Assembly: GCA_011364985.1 (NCBI GenBank)
Contig: RDOC01000007.1
Location: 1,495 to 65,494 of the forward strand
Source: Candidatus Thorarchaeota archaeon
Lineage (GTDB): Archaea; Asgardarchaeota; Thorarchaeia; Thorarchaeales; Thorarchaeaceae
Direction: 5' to 3'
DNA length: 64,000 nt
Shown here piece by piece: positions 29,000-40,141 of this stretch. Both the position numbers and the translations under genes were made by a program. The notes under the pieces were generated by a model. The model had not been told where the DNA came from and searched no databases. It saw only the letters and a program-made list of their open reading frames with translations. The number at the start of each line of letters is the position of its first letter. Position 1 is the stretch's first letter.

Positions 29000-29959
29000 A
29001 TGATTTTGAATCAGAATCTTGTTCGACGTAATTCTGTTCTTCAGGACGTAACAGAAAGAATAGGTAGTTCAGTCCGAGTTCTGCATGTGGAGCACAATCG
29101 TCTTCTTCAATACACGTACATTATTGAATCTCCGAGCGCTCTTCGCATTCTTCTGGAGCCATGGGCAGTAGGATCAAGGCTAGCGAATCTCGCTCGGTCA
29201 AGCACAATTGACTTTCTTCGTGTTGCCTATCAGCTTTGTCCGGAGCTAGCCCGGTCAACCTTTGAAACCGTAGTTGAAATTGTACCTCTCGCGGGCTCGT
29301 TATACTATAGCCTTGCTGAGGCGTTTGAGGAGGTGTTTGGAGAAACGATCAACCGTTGTTTCATTGGAGCACGTCGTCACCTGACCACCACCGGATGGGT
29401 TACAGAGCTATCCTACGAGAACTTCGAAGCAATGCCACATGATCCTGTTCTACTTATTGGTGACACAATAGCCACCGGTAGTACAATAGAACGAATCGTT
29501 AATTCTTCAATTGATCACAGCTCTAGCATTAGAGCGATCGTGATATACTCCATTGCAGGAGGATTGGTTGGAGCTGTGAGAATCAGAGAGATGGCACAGC
29601 GAATTAACATCCCAACATATCTCTTCTATTCCAATGCAATTTTCGGTGTTGAACCAAATGGTACTGACATGCCGTGGTTGCACCCAGGCACCATAGCAAC
29701 AATCGAGAATCAAGCGAAGGCAAGAGCTGTCTATGGACCCGATCTAGGTTGCAGATGGTGCTCAATTTGGGATTGGGGGGATCGGGCCAAGAATCCTTTG
29801 AAGCATCTTGAAGAACTGCTAGAGCGATGCAAGACTGAACTCAAACAGACGGAGTCCAGGAGTACGAAACGTATCCTGACCACAATCTGCCAAAGAACAG
29901 AGTCTTCTATTGCTTCTTGGAAGCAACCCATCAAAAACGTCTTCAGTCCCACCTATTAG
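29000..29959 (+). CDS. Phosphoribosyltransferase-domain protein (UPRT-like) with N- and C-terminal extensions
   Basis: EIVPLAGSLYY and PVLLIGDTIATGSTI PRTase motifs. 319 aa versus ~215 for canonical Upp. Confidence 0.55.
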   Translation: MILNQNLVRRNSVLQDVTERIGSSVRVLHVEHNRLLQYTYIIESPSALRILLEPWAVGSRLANLARSSTIDFLRVAYQLCPELARSTFETVVEIVPLAGSLYYSLAEAFEEVFGETINRCFIGARRHLTTTGWVTELSYENFEAMPHDPVLLIGDTIATGSTIERIVNSSIDHSSSIRAIVIYSIAGGLVGAVRIREMAQRINIPTYLFYSNAIFGVEPNGTDMPWLHPGTIATIENQAKARAVYGPDLGCRWCSIWDWGDRAKNPLKHLEELLERCKTELKQTESRSTKRILTTICQRTESSIASWKQPIKNVFSPTY

Positions 29960-29984
29960 ATCAATCCTCTACGCCATCCTCTGC

Positions 29985-30431
29985 TCATTTGGTTTGCTCT
30001 TCATACTCTATCAAATTCTGCAGGACACGCCGCAATAGGTCATCGAATTGATCCCTCTCTCTTGAACTCAATCCATCATAAACTATCTCTGTCATTCTAC
30101 AGGATGCCAATTCATACTTTTGATTCATGTCTTGCGCTTCAGCAGTGAGTTTGATGATTACCTGTCGCCTGTCTTTCTTTGAACGATTTCTTTCCACTAT
30201 TCCTGATTCCTTGAGTCTGTCAACCAACTCCGTCACAGCGGGCTTGCTCAGTTGTGTTTCTTTAGCCAATTCATTTGCAGATATTCCATCCTTTCGCCAG
30301 AGAGCAAGGAGTATGCGTCCCTGACCCGGTTTGACATCGATACTAAGGTCTCTGAGTATTTGCGTGAAAATCCTCCCTACGAGATGGTGAATCTTGGTAA
30401 TGAGAAACCCTCCCTCCCTTATTCTAATCAC
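29985..30431 (-). CDS. MarR family transcriptional regulator
   Basis: ISANELAKETQLSKPAVTELVDRLKESGIVER. Confidence 0.7.
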   Translation of the reverse strand: MIRIREGGFLITKIHHLVGRIFTQILRDLSIDVKPGQGRILLALWRKDGISANELAKETQLSKPAVTELVDRLKESGIVERNRSKKDRRQVIIKLTAEAQDMNQKYELASCRMTEIVYDGLSSRERDQFDDLLRRVLQNLIEYEEQTK

Positions 30432-30907
30432 TCTTTCTCACCAAGATTTAGTCGGAAAGTATGAGTCTGATTCCATCCCCTAATGAGGATTGGTTCAAGT
30501 CGAAGCACAGTATGGTCCGGATCATTATATCCTTCAGGATAGTATCTCTCCCACTCATCGTGCCAGAGGGCTTTCTTCAATTTAACATCATCAACAATCT
30601 CAATATCCCCGCTTAGCATAACGCCTCGTGATTCATCTGGAACGCAATAGTATACAGAGACCTTTGAATGCTTCTTGATGTCGTCAATCTTTGTAGACGA
30701 TGTGTTTGTAGTGAAAATCGTAGTGAACTCCTTTTCTAGTCTGAGAAACAAGGATTCAAGTTTCGGAAAATAGCGCTTGTTCCTCAAATTGAACATTGCT
30801 CGCGTTTGAGGATATCCTCTCTCGCCAACTGTTGTGAGATATGCAGGCCATGCATCATTCAAGACTCTCAAACACATCTCTCTTGAGCTGTTCTTTCGCG
30901 TAATCAC
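30428..30907 (-). CDS. Pyridoxamine 5'-phosphate oxidase-like FMN-binding family protein
   Basis: 159 aa with a PNPOx-like split-barrel pattern. Low-specificity assignment. Confidence 0.4.
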   Translation of the reverse strand: MITRKNSSREMCLRVLNDAWPAYLTTVGERGYPQTRAMFNLRNKRYFPKLESLFLRLEKEFTTIFTTNTSSTKIDDIKKHSKVSVYYCVPDESRGVMLSGDIEIVDDVKLKKALWHDEWERYYPEGYNDPDHTVLRLEPILIRGWNQTHTFRLNLGEKE

Positions 30908-30995
30908 ATCACCGTAATAGTTCGTAACAGAATAATTCGTATGCGAACTAAAAAATATTATTATTCTGCTATTGCCATAGCATAGAAGAAACGCA

Positions 30996-31973
30996 CTAAG
31001 GTCTCACAGTAGGCAATGCCTTTTGCTCTCTAGCGGTCTTCTTGGCCTGAAGTACTTGCACAGCCGCAACACAAAAGACCAGTAGTATAAGACCGAACCA
31101 CTCCAAGGATGTTGGCATTGCACCAAGGAAGATGATCGATAGGATTGTAATCTGTGGAAGCATGGTACTATTGATAATTGTTGTATCCACTGCTCTCAAG
31201 GTCTGCATGGCACTGTTCCATAGCGTGAAGGCAAATGCAGTATTTACTACGCTCAGCCAAAGGATGTAGAAGATGGATAGAGGCGAAAGAGCTGGAATTC
31301 CTTCAAGGAGTACACCTGCAGCTAGCAGAATGAATGAACCTATCATCATGCTGGCTGCCGTGATGACTATGGAAGGTGCAGCATGCTGTTTATTGACGTA
31401 TCTACCGATAATTGATGACAAGGCGTTTGCAATCAATCCCACAATCATCACAAGTACTCCCAGAGTTGCGGAAGCATCAAAATCGAAGGGGTAGAAGTAA
31501 ATCATTGCTCCAACGACGACCAAAATAATAAGCAAGACTTGCAGTAGTGTAGGGACTTCTTTCAGCAAGACCGCTCCAAGGACCAGGACAACGATTGGTG
31601 TCAGATTGAGTATAATCGAAACAGAGATCGTATCAAGCAGGTCCAATCCTACAAATTGTGCTCCCTGTGTTATAGATATAAAGACCACACCGTAGGCCGC
31701 CATCAGCAGCCACCAGCTTCTTGGTTTTTCGCCAATTGAAGTTCGGTACTCACTGCGCATGGTCACTATTGTCAGAAGAATGAGGGCTGCAATGACATAA
31801 CGCAATCCTGAGAAGATCAACGGTGATAGCTCCTGAAGACCAAACTTGATTATCACCCACGAAGAGGACCAAAGCATCGTGACAAAGACGGCCTCTGCCG
31901 CAGCTCGATAGTGCCTTCTCATTGCATGCTGAGCTGCCGATGTTTCGTTTTGTTCATGTGATTCCGAAGCCAT
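30996..31973 (-). CDS. DMT-superfamily (EamA) transporter
   Basis: 325 aa, 10 TM. Confidence 0.7.
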   Translation of the reverse strand: MASESHEQNETSAAQHAMRRHYRAAAEAVFVTMLWSSSWVIIKFGLQELSPLIFSGLRYVIAALILLTIVTMRSEYRTSIGEKPRSWWLLMAAYGVVFISITQGAQFVGLDLLDTISVSIILNLTPIVVLVLGAVLLKEVPTLLQVLLIILVVVGAMIYFYPFDFDASATLGVLVMIVGLIANALSSIIGRYVNKQHAAPSIVITAASMMIGSFILLAAGVLLEGIPALSPLSIFYILWLSVVNTAFAFTLWNSAMQTLRAVDTTIINSTMLPQITILSIIFLGAMPTSLEWFGLILLVFCVAAVQVLQAKKTAREQKALPTVRP

Positions 31974-32040
31974 CTTTCTTTGTTCTCCATATAACTAGAA
32001 GGATTCAAGTACCGATTAGTATAGTGCCGTCATAAGACGG

Positions 32041-32694
32041 GTGATCATTCTGGTTGTTCAATGCACTATTCAGGTCAGTCCGGAGAACTACTACTCCTGT
32101 GACCTGACAAGGAAGATTCCTGTTCGGGTGACAATTGTGTCAATCAATGGTGATGTTGGATTCGGCATAATTGAGGCTCTTGAAGGAGGAGAGAAATCCA
32201 TTCAAACCTATGTTGAGGAGATGAGTCTGTCCCCCAGTATCGAGGATGTCAAAGTCACATACAAATCCCCCAAAGCCTACTGGACAAGAGTAGTACATAG
32301 AATGGAATCAGGCTCAATATACGAAACCATTTTGAAAAACGACTGCATGACACGCCTTCCGGTCACAATTCAAGGTGGGATTCAATATCATATTGTTCTT
32401 GCCCCATCTAATGACCTCCTCAAGAAACTCCTGAGAGAACTAAAATCAAAGTTCATCTCAGCAAAACTTGTGCAAATCAGATCAAATCCATTAAGTCCTT
32501 TTGAATCAATTCTAACTGATAGACAGAGGGAGGCCTTTCTTCTTGCTTTTCAGGAGGGATATTATGAGATGCCTCGCAGAGTCCACATCGCAGAGCTCGC
32601 CGAAAGGCTTGGAATAAAGCGTGTTGCAATGCAGGAGCGACTTCGTCGTGTTGAGTTTCGAATCATGTCGGATTTTGCAGATGGTCTGATCTAG
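32041..32694 (+). CDS. HTH_10 (Bat-type) transcriptional regulator
   Basis: C-terminal DRQREAFLLAFQEGYYEMPRRVHIAELAERLGIKRVAMQERLRRVE. Confidence 0.6.
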   Translation: MIILVVQCTIQVSPENYYSCDLTRKIPVRVTIVSINGDVGFGIIEALEGGEKSIQTYVEEMSLSPSIEDVKVTYKSPKAYWTRVVHRMESGSIYETILKNDCMTRLPVTIQGGIQYHIVLAPSNDLLKKLLRELKSKFISAKLVQIRSNPLSPFESILTDRQREAFLLAFQEGYYEMPRRVHIAELAERLGIKRVAMQERLRRVEFRIMSDFADGLI

Positions 32695-32708
32695 AATCAC
32701 TAACAGCA

Positions 32709-33956
32709 TCAGATCATCAAAGAGATCGCATCTCTTGGTCTAGTTCTCAGCATTCTCATAGTCAGCTTTCTTCTTACAATCTTTGGAGGCAATAATCCGC
32801 CTATCATCGCAGCTATGAGGTAACTAGCATAGTCATCTGCCTTGAAGAAATGCATTAGTGTCTGCATGTTCTTCTGGCTCTTATAAAACAGCCCTGCCAT
32901 ATACTCAGAAACCTTAAGCACGCTTACGATTTCCTTCTTGCAGGCCCTTTCATAATGCTGCAATAATTTCGAATCATTTGCTCGTATGGCCTCTTCCAAG
33001 GTTTGTGCCGCAAGTACTCCTGAGCGAATTGCATACTTGATACCCTCCCCCGTAAAGGCATCCACAAAGCCTGCGGCATCTCCTACAAGAATCGTGCGCT
33101 CTTTTATTGTAGAGTCTCTTACAATGCATGGAAAACGGGCACCAGCCTCTGATAGTATGATGGGTGCGATCTCGTAGTTCAAACAAAACTGGTTAAACCA
33201 TTGATCATAAGTTCTTCTTAGACCTGCTGCTTTCTCTTGCCTGCAGCAAGCCCCTAGACTCAGGATAGAGCGTTTCGGAAAACACCAAATGTATCCATGA
33301 GGGACCTGTCCAAAATACAGGAAGAATAGGTCCGCATCATATCCACTTGGCTCACCACATATTTCCCTCACTTTGCCCTCGCCAACCTCGGCCTCAATCT
33401 CTATTGCAACGAAAGCAGAACTGCTAGGCCACCCGGAGTAGAATTTCAGACTCCTTGCCACAACTCCATTAATGCCGTCAGCGCCAACAAGGAATTTTGA
33501 ACTGATTTGTTCTCCCTCTTCGGTAAACACAGTGGCACTGTGTCCATTTTGTGACACATCTAGTACCTTTGTTTCCTCTCTAACTTCAGCGCCTGCATCA
33601 GAAGCTTTCCTTAGTAGCAAATGGTCAAACTCAGAACGCATAACGGTATGCCCTGGTTTTGATCTATCTTCGGGAATGCAATCTACTCGAAACCCTTGAG
33701 GTGCATATAGGGCCAACCCACTAATATTCCTGTGAATAATACCGGTGATGTCGAAGTCAAGTAGTTCCTTTGTTTCGCTTGGTATCGCACCAGCACAGGG
33801 CTTGTATCTTGGAAACTTGGCCTTATCAAAAACAACTACGTTAAGTCCTGCCTGTGCTGCTCTCCTAGCTGCTGTTGCCCCTGCGGGACCACCACCCACT
33901 ACTATGATGTCATACTCTGGCATGATACTCCACTCCTCCTTGATTGAGTTTTCCAA
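32709..33956 (-). CDS. Geranylgeranyl reductase family FAD-dependent oxidoreductase
   Basis: DIIVVGGGPAGATAARRAA dinucleotide fold. GDAAGFVDAFTGEGI. Confidence 0.8.
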   Translation of the reverse strand: MENSIKEEWSIMPEYDIIVVGGGPAGATAARRAAQAGLNVVVFDKAKFPRYKPCAGAIPSETKELLDFDITGIIHRNISGLALYAPQGFRVDCIPEDRSKPGHTVMRSEFDHLLLRKASDAGAEVREETKVLDVSQNGHSATVFTEEGEQISSKFLVGADGINGVVARSLKFYSGWPSSSAFVAIEIEAEVGEGKVREICGEPSGYDADLFFLYFGQVPHGYIWCFPKRSILSLGACCRQEKAAGLRRTYDQWFNQFCLNYEIAPIILSEAGARFPCIVRDSTIKERTILVGDAAGFVDAFTGEGIKYAIRSGVLAAQTLEEAIRANDSKLLQHYERACKKEIVSVLKVSEYMAGLFYKSQKNMQTLMHFFKADDYASYLIAAMIGGLLPPKIVRRKLTMRMLRTRPRDAISLMI

Positions 33957-34002
33957 TTGTTAAACTCTCGGGTTGATTGGGGCCAGCATAATCAATGAAT
34001 GC

Positions 34003-36021
34003 TCAAGAGGGGTAGTCTAGAAGTATCATCTTTGCTTTCTTGACAATGTTCTCTGCTGTGAAGCCAGATTTCTCAAAGAGAACATCGCTCGGTGCGGAGA
34101 CTCCGAAGGAGTCCATTGTGATCATGGCTCCCTTTGGTCCTACCCACTTTTCCCAGCCCTGTGAAACACCGGCTTCAACAATGACTCTAGCTGTCACCTT
34201 AGATGGCAGCACAGACTCCTGATAGTCCTTCGATTGGGCTTCAAAGAGTTCCCAACTTGGGAATGACACAAGTCGTACATTGATACCTTCGCTGGAGAGA
34301 GTTTCTCCTGCTTCTTTAATCAGGGCCACCTCTGATCCTGTTGCCATTAGAATCACTTCCAGTGGCCCTCTACCAAGGTCTGCTAACACGTATGCTCCCT
34401 TTGCGAGACCACTAGCCGGTGCATAGACTGCTCTGTCAAGTACTGGCACTTTTTGCCTAGTTAATGACAACAATGTCGGACCATCTCTTCTCGCTACTGC
34501 GACTCTCCAGGCCTCAGTCACTTCATTTGAATCGCAAGGTCTAATGACTACAAGACCTGGAATTGCTCTGAGTGAGGCGAGATGCTCTATAGGCTGATGA
34601 GTGGGTCCATCTTCACCTAGCCCGATACTATCATGAGTGAATACCCATATACTGGGGTGTCTTGAAAGAGCAGATAGTCTGATGGCTGGCCTCATGTAGT
34701 CTGAGAAGACAAGAAAGGTGCTACAATACGGGATTAACCCTCCATGAGCAGCCATTCCATTAACAGCTGCTGCCATTGAATGTTCACGTATACCCCAATA
34801 CAGATTGCGTCCTTGAGGATTATCCACCTGAAAGGCATCGCTATCACTAATCCATGTCTTGTTCGACCCTGTTAGGTCCGCTGACCCGCCAATTAGCTCA
34901 GGTAGCTTGGGGGCCAAAGCATTGATGACTTTTCCAGACGCTGTTCTGGTTGCCTCTCCTTTGGGATTGGTTTCAAAAACAGGAAGGTTTCTATCCCATC
35001 CATCAGGGAGTTCACCTGAGAGGCGGCGCCTCAGCTCTGCCGCAAGCTCTGGATGCTCACGTGAATAGGCCTTCACAGCATCAATCCAGTGTTTCTCAAG
35101 TTCTTCTCCCCTGTCTATGGCTTGACGGAAATGTTCGTAGACCTTTTCTGGCACATGAAACTCTGGCTTAAGCGGCCATCCAAGATTCCTCTTTGCGCCC
35201 TCGATTTCTTCTTCTCCTGCAGGTTCACCGTGGGCTTTTGAGGTGTCCTGTTTCGTTGGCAAGCCAAAACCAATGTGGGTTCGACATAGAATCAGGGATG
35301 GACGAGGGTCCGCCTTCGCATTTTGAATAGCTTCATCTATGGCATCGACATTGTTACCGTCTTGAACATTGAGTATTTGCCATCCTAGCGCTTCAAATCG
35401 AGCAGCTCTGTCCTCGGTGAATGTAAGATCTGTAGATCCATCAATTGAGATTCGGTTATCATCATAAAGCAGAATCAGCTTTCCAAGTCGGAAGTGACCA
35501 GCCAATGAAGCGGCCTCATAGGAAATTCCCTCCATCAAATCGCCATCTGTCACAATGGCATATACGAAGTGGTTTATGATCTCATGCTCTGGACGATTGT
35601 ATATGGCAGCTAGATGAGCTTCTGCAATGGCCATTCCAATGGTGTTTCCTACTCCCTGACCGAGAGGTCCGGTTGTAACCTCAACCCCAGGTGTTAGAAA
35701 ACACTCAGGATGGCCTGGGGTCTTGCTTTCCCATTGCCGGAACTGCCTTATGTCGTCTAAAGAGAGGTCGTATCCTGTCAAATGTAATAGCGAGTAGAGG
35801 AGCATTGATCCATGTCCTCCAGAGAGGACAAATCGATCACGGTTAGGCCAGCTTGGATTGCGTGGATTGAATCTGAGATGACGCATCCATAGGGTATATC
35901 CAATAGCTGCAGCACCCATTGGCATTCCAGGGTGGCCCGAATTAGCTTTTTGAACAGCATCTGCTGATAGAAATCGTATCGTGTTGATAGCTAGATTCTG
36001 GATATCTTTGGAATCTGTCAT
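34003..36021 (-). CDS. tkt: Transketolase (full-length, fused N- and C-terminal halves)
   Basis: [19 protein letters not shown] (TPP binding), [11 protein letters not shown]. Start likely MTDSKDIQ.. (track ORF to 36057). Confidence 0.9.
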   Translation of the reverse strand: MTDSKDIQNLAINTIRFLSADAVQKANSGHPGMPMGAAAIGYTLWMRHLRFNPRNPSWPNRDRFVLSGGHGSMLLYSLLHLTGYDLSLDDIRQFRQWESKTPGHPECFLTPGVEVTTGPLGQGVGNTIGMAIAEAHLAAIYNRPEHEIINHFVYAIVTDGDLMEGISYEAASLAGHFRLGKLILLYDDNRISIDGSTDLTFTEDRAARFEALGWQILNVQDGNNVDAIDEAIQNAKADPRPSLILCRTHIGFGLPTKQDTSKAHGEPAGEEEIEGAKRNLGWPLKPEFHVPEKVYEHFRQAIDRGEELEKHWIDAVKAYSREHPELAAELRRRLSGELPDGWDRNLPVFETNPKGEATRTASGKVINALAPKLPELIGGSADLTGSNKTWISDSDAFQVDNPQGRNLYWGIREHSMAAAVNGMAAHGGLIPYCSTFLVFSDYMRPAIRLSALSRHPSIWVFTHDSIGLGEDGPTHQPIEHLASLRAIPGLVVIRPCDSNEVTEAWRVAVARRDGPTLLSLTRQKVPVLDRAVYAPASGLAKGAYVLADLGRGPLEVILMATGSEVALIKEAGETLSSEGINVRLVSFPSWELFEAQSKDYQESVLPSKVTARVIVEAGVSQGWEKWVGPKGAMITMDSFGVSAPSDVLFEKSGFTAENIVKKAKMILLDYPS

Positions 36022-36256
36022 CGCTCTGTTTCCTCTCCTAGAATGATACTGTCGCATTTGCAGGACGGGCGAAATAACTTACTTTTGGTTGTTGCGCCTA
36101 ACGCTTCTTTCAACTTCCCCTATACAACTCTTGCCGTTGATTGTCTAGCTTTTTGAAGCTGTGCCCTACCCTCATTCTCTTCTCTTTTTTTCGTCAATTC
36201 AATAGTGATATTACCCTGTTAATCTGGTTCAATCATTGAAGAGGACTTGATACCTG

Positions 36257-37684
36257 ATGAACAAGCTCGACAAGCTGCATGATCAGCTCGAACGAATTGT
36301 GGGTCCTGAATATGTAACATTCGAACTCTGTGATCGTCTGGTATACTCCAAGGACTACTCCATTGAAGGCTTTGCCGGTAACTACACGCCTGACATTGTT
36401 GTAAAGCCTGGAAGCACCGATGAGGTTGCAGCGATCGTAAGAATTGCAATTGAGCTAGACATTCCAATCTATACTTGGGGTGGCGGCACTTCCATGTCTG
36501 GTAATCCACTTGCAGTTCAACATGGGATTGTTCTTGACATGAAACGGATGAATCGCATCATTGAAGTTGACCCCGAGAATCTTACCATAACTGCAGAGGC
36601 TGGTTCCACAATGGCTGCAGTGCAAGCTGCAGCACAAAAACATGGCGTATTCTTTACACATCAGCCGGAGAGCTGTCTTTCCTCAACAATAGGTGGAGCG
36701 CTAAGCTGCATGGGTATTAGCATCTTCAGTGCCAAATATGGTTATGTATATGATCAAGCTCTAGGAATTGAGGTCGTCCTTGGCACAGGTGAGAAACTTG
36801 AGATTGGGGGGAAAAGCTACCTCTCTGTACCATCCCACAATCTACTCAACTTGTTCTTGGGGGCCGAAGGAACTCTTGGGATTATTACAAAAGCAATTCT
36901 CAAGGTCTATCCAATACCACAGCATCGTGACCATCTAAGCTTCGGATTTCCGAACATAACCATGGCGATGGCTGCGTGCAAGAGAATCCACGCCGCTGGA
37001 TGTTGGCCTGAAACTGTTTACGCTTTCGACAAGCGGTCTCTTGCGCAGTACATGGAGCGTGCAAAGACACCAATTCCCGAGGATGTCAAAATGGCCATCT
37101 TGTTTGGATGCTCAGGGGATCAAGATATGGTGAACGCTTCTATGAAGTCGATTGCAGCATGCTGTACTGAACTGCATGGTCATATTTTGCCAGATGAGCT
37201 CACACACTCTTGGTGGAACTCTGTCAACATTAATCGAGATACCTTCGACCAAAGCAATTTCGCACTATCTCATACCGAGTACGAACCTGATTTAATTGAT
37301 GCCTGCGTACCATTAAGCAAATTCCAAGAATACAGTGATTTCTGTGATGAATTGAAGGCGGAGTTCGGATGGATTGACATAGACTTCGGCGCATTTATTG
37401 TGGCCTCACCCAGAGGTCCAATTCCCTTTGCTATCTATTTCAGTGTGCCAATTGACACAAGACTATCTGCCGAAGCGGAGAAATGGTTTGCGTTCAAAGA
37501 ACGCATGTACAGGAAAGCACTAGCATTAGGCGGAAGCATCTCAGATGTCAATGGTGTTGGGCTCAGGTCTGCTCCATGGATTCGTGAGCAACTCGGCACT
37601 GCATGGACTTTCTTAACGCGCATAAAGAGCCTCGTAGATCCCAAGAATATTCTGAATCGAGGGCAGAGGGGGTTTGACCAATGA
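36257..37684 (+). CDS. FAD-linked oxidase (GlcD / D-lactate dehydrogenase-like)
   Basis: FAD_binding_4 pattern (WGGGTSMSGN). 475 aa. Confidence 0.8.
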   Translation: MNKLDKLHDQLERIVGPEYVTFELCDRLVYSKDYSIEGFAGNYTPDIVVKPGSTDEVAAIVRIAIELDIPIYTWGGGTSMSGNPLAVQHGIVLDMKRMNRIIEVDPENLTITAEAGSTMAAVQAAAQKHGVFFTHQPESCLSSTIGGALSCMGISIFSAKYGYVYDQALGIEVVLGTGEKLEIGGKSYLSVPSHNLLNLFLGAEGTLGIITKAILKVYPIPQHRDHLSFGFPNITMAMAACKRIHAAGCWPETVYAFDKRSLAQYMERAKTPIPEDVKMAILFGCSGDQDMVNASMKSIAACCTELHGHILPDELTHSWWNSVNINRDTFDQSNFALSHTEYEPDLIDACVPLSKFQEYSDFCDELKAEFGWIDIDFGAFIVASPRGPIPFAIYFSVPIDTRLSAEAEKWFAFKERMYRKALALGGSISDVNGVGLRSAPWIREQLGTAWTFLTRIKSLVDPKNILNRGQRGFDQ

Positions 37685-38814
37685 CGGAGAAGCTCAGGAG
37701 ATACGAAGACTGGGCTCGTGCGTGTATGCACGTACGCTGCGGTCTTTGCCGTGAGAACTGTCCAGCCTATGGTCAGATGAAACTTGATAGCTATTCTGCA
37801 AAGGGGAAGGTTACAATGCTCTACCACTGGCTTGAGGGTAGCTTGGAGCCTAGCGAGAAAATGGCAGAACGTGTATTTGCCTGTACAAGCTGCGGTCTGT
37901 GCGACATTGCCTGTGGATACCCACAAAGCGAGGCTATTCAAGAGATGAAGATCGCTTTGTTCGATGCTGGAATTTTTCCTTCGGCACAATACTCACGAAT
38001 CAGTGAACACACAAGAAGAGCTGGGAATCCGTATGGAGAGACCCCAGAAACGGGACAACAACTCCTTAAAGCAATACCTGAGGCATCTGCTGAGAACGCC
38101 GAGTATCTACTCTTTTTTGGGTGCACTGAGATATATCGGGGAGCTCCTCAACGTGAAAGCGTTCTCAAGATACTTCGTTCTGCCGGAATTCCTTTCAAAA
38201 CACCTTCCGAAAACATCTGCTGTGGGTCTCCGGTCTATCGTGTTGGTGACTTGGAGCAAGCAACGATTCAGGCCAAATCTGTTCAGAGTATGGTCAAAAA
38301 CATTGGAATAGACCAGGTGATTGCATCATGTTCAGGCTGCTATAGGACTCTCTCACATGACTACTCTACACTCTTGAGAACTGATCCAGGCTTCCGAACT
38401 ATCCATACGGTTCAATTGATTGACCGACTTATAAAGGAAGGAACCATAAGGATGCGACGAATGAATGCCAAGGTCACCTATCATGACCCCTGTCATCTTG
38501 GCCGGCATTCCGGGATCTACGAAGAACCCAGAGAAATACTCCGGTCGATTCCTGGTGTGTCTTTTGTTGAGATGGAATGGAATCGCAAATTCAGCAGATG
38601 CTGCGGAGCTGGAGGTGGACTTCGAAGTGCACGTGGTGAAGATGCAATTGAAATTGCATCGCGAAGGGTGAAGGAGGCCGAAGAAACGGGCGCAAGCCTT
38701 CTTGTTACTGCATGTCCTTTCTGCTTGCGAAATTTGGAGGATGGGGCGAAGTCGATCGGGTCTTCGATTAAGGTGTGTGCAATCGAATCTCTTGTGGCCA
38801 ATCTAATCGAATGA
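37681..38814 (+). CDS. Fe-S / CCG-domain protein (GlcF-like partner of the FAD oxidase)
   Basis: CxxCxxC..CP ferredoxin-like motifs (CGLCRENCP, CTSCGLCDIAC) and two CCG-like domains (CCG, CPFC). Overlaps the upstream gene by 4 nt. Confidence 0.8.
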   Translation: MTEKLRRYEDWARACMHVRCGLCRENCPAYGQMKLDSYSAKGKVTMLYHWLEGSLEPSEKMAERVFACTSCGLCDIACGYPQSEAIQEMKIALFDAGIFPSAQYSRISEHTRRAGNPYGETPETGQQLLKAIPEASAENAEYLLFFGCTEIYRGAPQRESVLKILRSAGIPFKTPSENICCGSPVYRVGDLEQATIQAKSVQSMVKNIGIDQVIASCSGCYRTLSHDYSTLLRTDPGFRTIHTVQLIDRLIKEGTIRMRRMNAKVTYHDPCHLGRHSGIYEEPREILRSIPGVSFVEMEWNRKFSRCCGAGGGLRSARGEDAIEIASRRVKEAEETGASLLVTACPFCLRNLEDGAKSIGSSIKVCAIESLVANLIE

Positions 38815-38828
38815 AGTCAGGATCAATC

Positions 38829-39407
38829 CTATGTCTTGGAGGCTTCGCCAACAAAGCTACCTGGCGGATATTCTTCTAGAAACTCGCTCTTGAGAATATC
38901 CATTGCCAATAAGTCATGGAACGCCCCTTGCATATACACTGCCTGTCTAAATGCCCCGATTGACTTGAATCCGGCCTTTTCGTAAGCTCTCTTCCCTCGG
39001 TCGTTGAACTCGGCATGATACAGATAGATTGAATTCAACCCCAATACATGAAATCCTATCCAGAGCATCACCTTCACGGCATCTGTTCCATAGCCTTTTC
39101 CCATGTGCTCTTCATTATGAATTGCAATGCCAAGCTCAGCGCGCTGGAATGCCTTGCTAATGCCAAAAAGACTAACTGTACCAAGGAACTTCTTCGAATT
39201 CTTATCCTCAACCGCCAGAACTATCTGTCCGTCTTTCCAAGGATCATACTGCGTGGCTTTCTCTAGCCAGACCCTTTCTGCATTCTCTGAACATGGCAAT
39301 GCAGTCCCCAGAAATCTCCTCATTGCAAATGTGTTCCAATGTTCTAGTATCTTGTTCAAATCGGACATTTCAAGGGCACGCAGGCACACTTTCTCGCCAA
39401 AGTACAT
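38829..39407 (-). CDS. GNAT family N-acetyltransferase (RimJ/RimL-like)
   Basis: 192 aa. GNAT motif A region (GKGYGTDA). Confidence 0.75.
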   Translation of the reverse strand: MYFGEKVCLRALEMSDLNKILEHWNTFAMRRFLGTALPCSENAERVWLEKATQYDPWKDGQIVLAVEDKNSKKFLGTVSLFGISKAFQRAELGIAIHNEEHMGKGYGTDAVKVMLWIGFHVLGLNSIYLYHAEFNDRGKRAYEKAGFKSIGAFRQAVYMQGAFHDLLAMDILKSEFLEEYPPGSFVGEASKT

Positions 39408-39487
39408 AGCTGTTTCTCAGCACTCTACTGGATTAAAGATTCCGGCTTCGGGTATTTCAGTCAGCTGGCCTTGTTCGACAGACTCTT

Positions 39488-40141
39488 TTGTCCAGAATTG
39501 GCAATCATCATAGCATCATTAGGAAGCACATGCAATTGAGTCCAAAACGAGTTGTGTTTGATCAACCTATCGTAAGAGTGTCTTTGGATGGAATGCAGTT
39601 TCCACAGATTTGTCCAATATGCACTGCTCCGGCTGAGGATTATATCCGTGTGTCTGTGGTGTCCGAAACGCGGGCTGCTTTGACATCGACAGCGCGACCA
39701 ACAGCAGCCCTCTTCGGCTCAAGGTATCAGAAAGACTCATCAATTAGGCTTTCAGAAGGGAAGGCGTTCATTATTCCTGTATGCCGAGAACATCATTACA
39801 CCGATGAGGGGTCCTACCGCTACAAATCCTATTGCATTGTGTTTGATGGCTTGGCCTTATGCCTTCTAATTCTAGCTTTTCTTATGAGTGGCAACAACTT
39901 CTGGAGAGGCGAGCCTCCAAGTCCTTGGCTATTTATCTCCACTGCAATATTCGCGGTATTTCTTGGATTAACTTACGTCTTATTTCAGCCAGGCCCAATC
40001 GAATCCGCAGTACGTATTATTGGTTTTGACACTGGCTTCAGCAACGTATGGATTGCTTTCAAGAATCCAGCGTATCGTGATGAGTTCGTCCGCCACAATG
40101 AGATGTCAGCAGAACTTGTGAAATGGGTAATGAAGAACTAG
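39488..40141 (+). CDS. Hypothetical protein with Zn-ribbon-like CPIC..C motif and TM helices
   Basis: ORF-track. Start possibly the ATG at ~39530. Confidence 0.35.
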   Translation: MSRIGNHHSIIRKHMQLSPKRVVFDQPIVRVSLDGMQFPQICPICTAPAEDYIRVSVVSETRAALTSTARPTAALFGSRYQKDSSIRLSEGKAFIIPVCREHHYTDEGSYRYKSYCIVFDGLALCLLILAFLMSGNNFWRGEPPSPWLFISTAIFAVFLGLTYVLFQPGPIESAVRIIGFDTGFSNVWIAFKNPAYRDEFVRHNEMSAELVKWVMKN

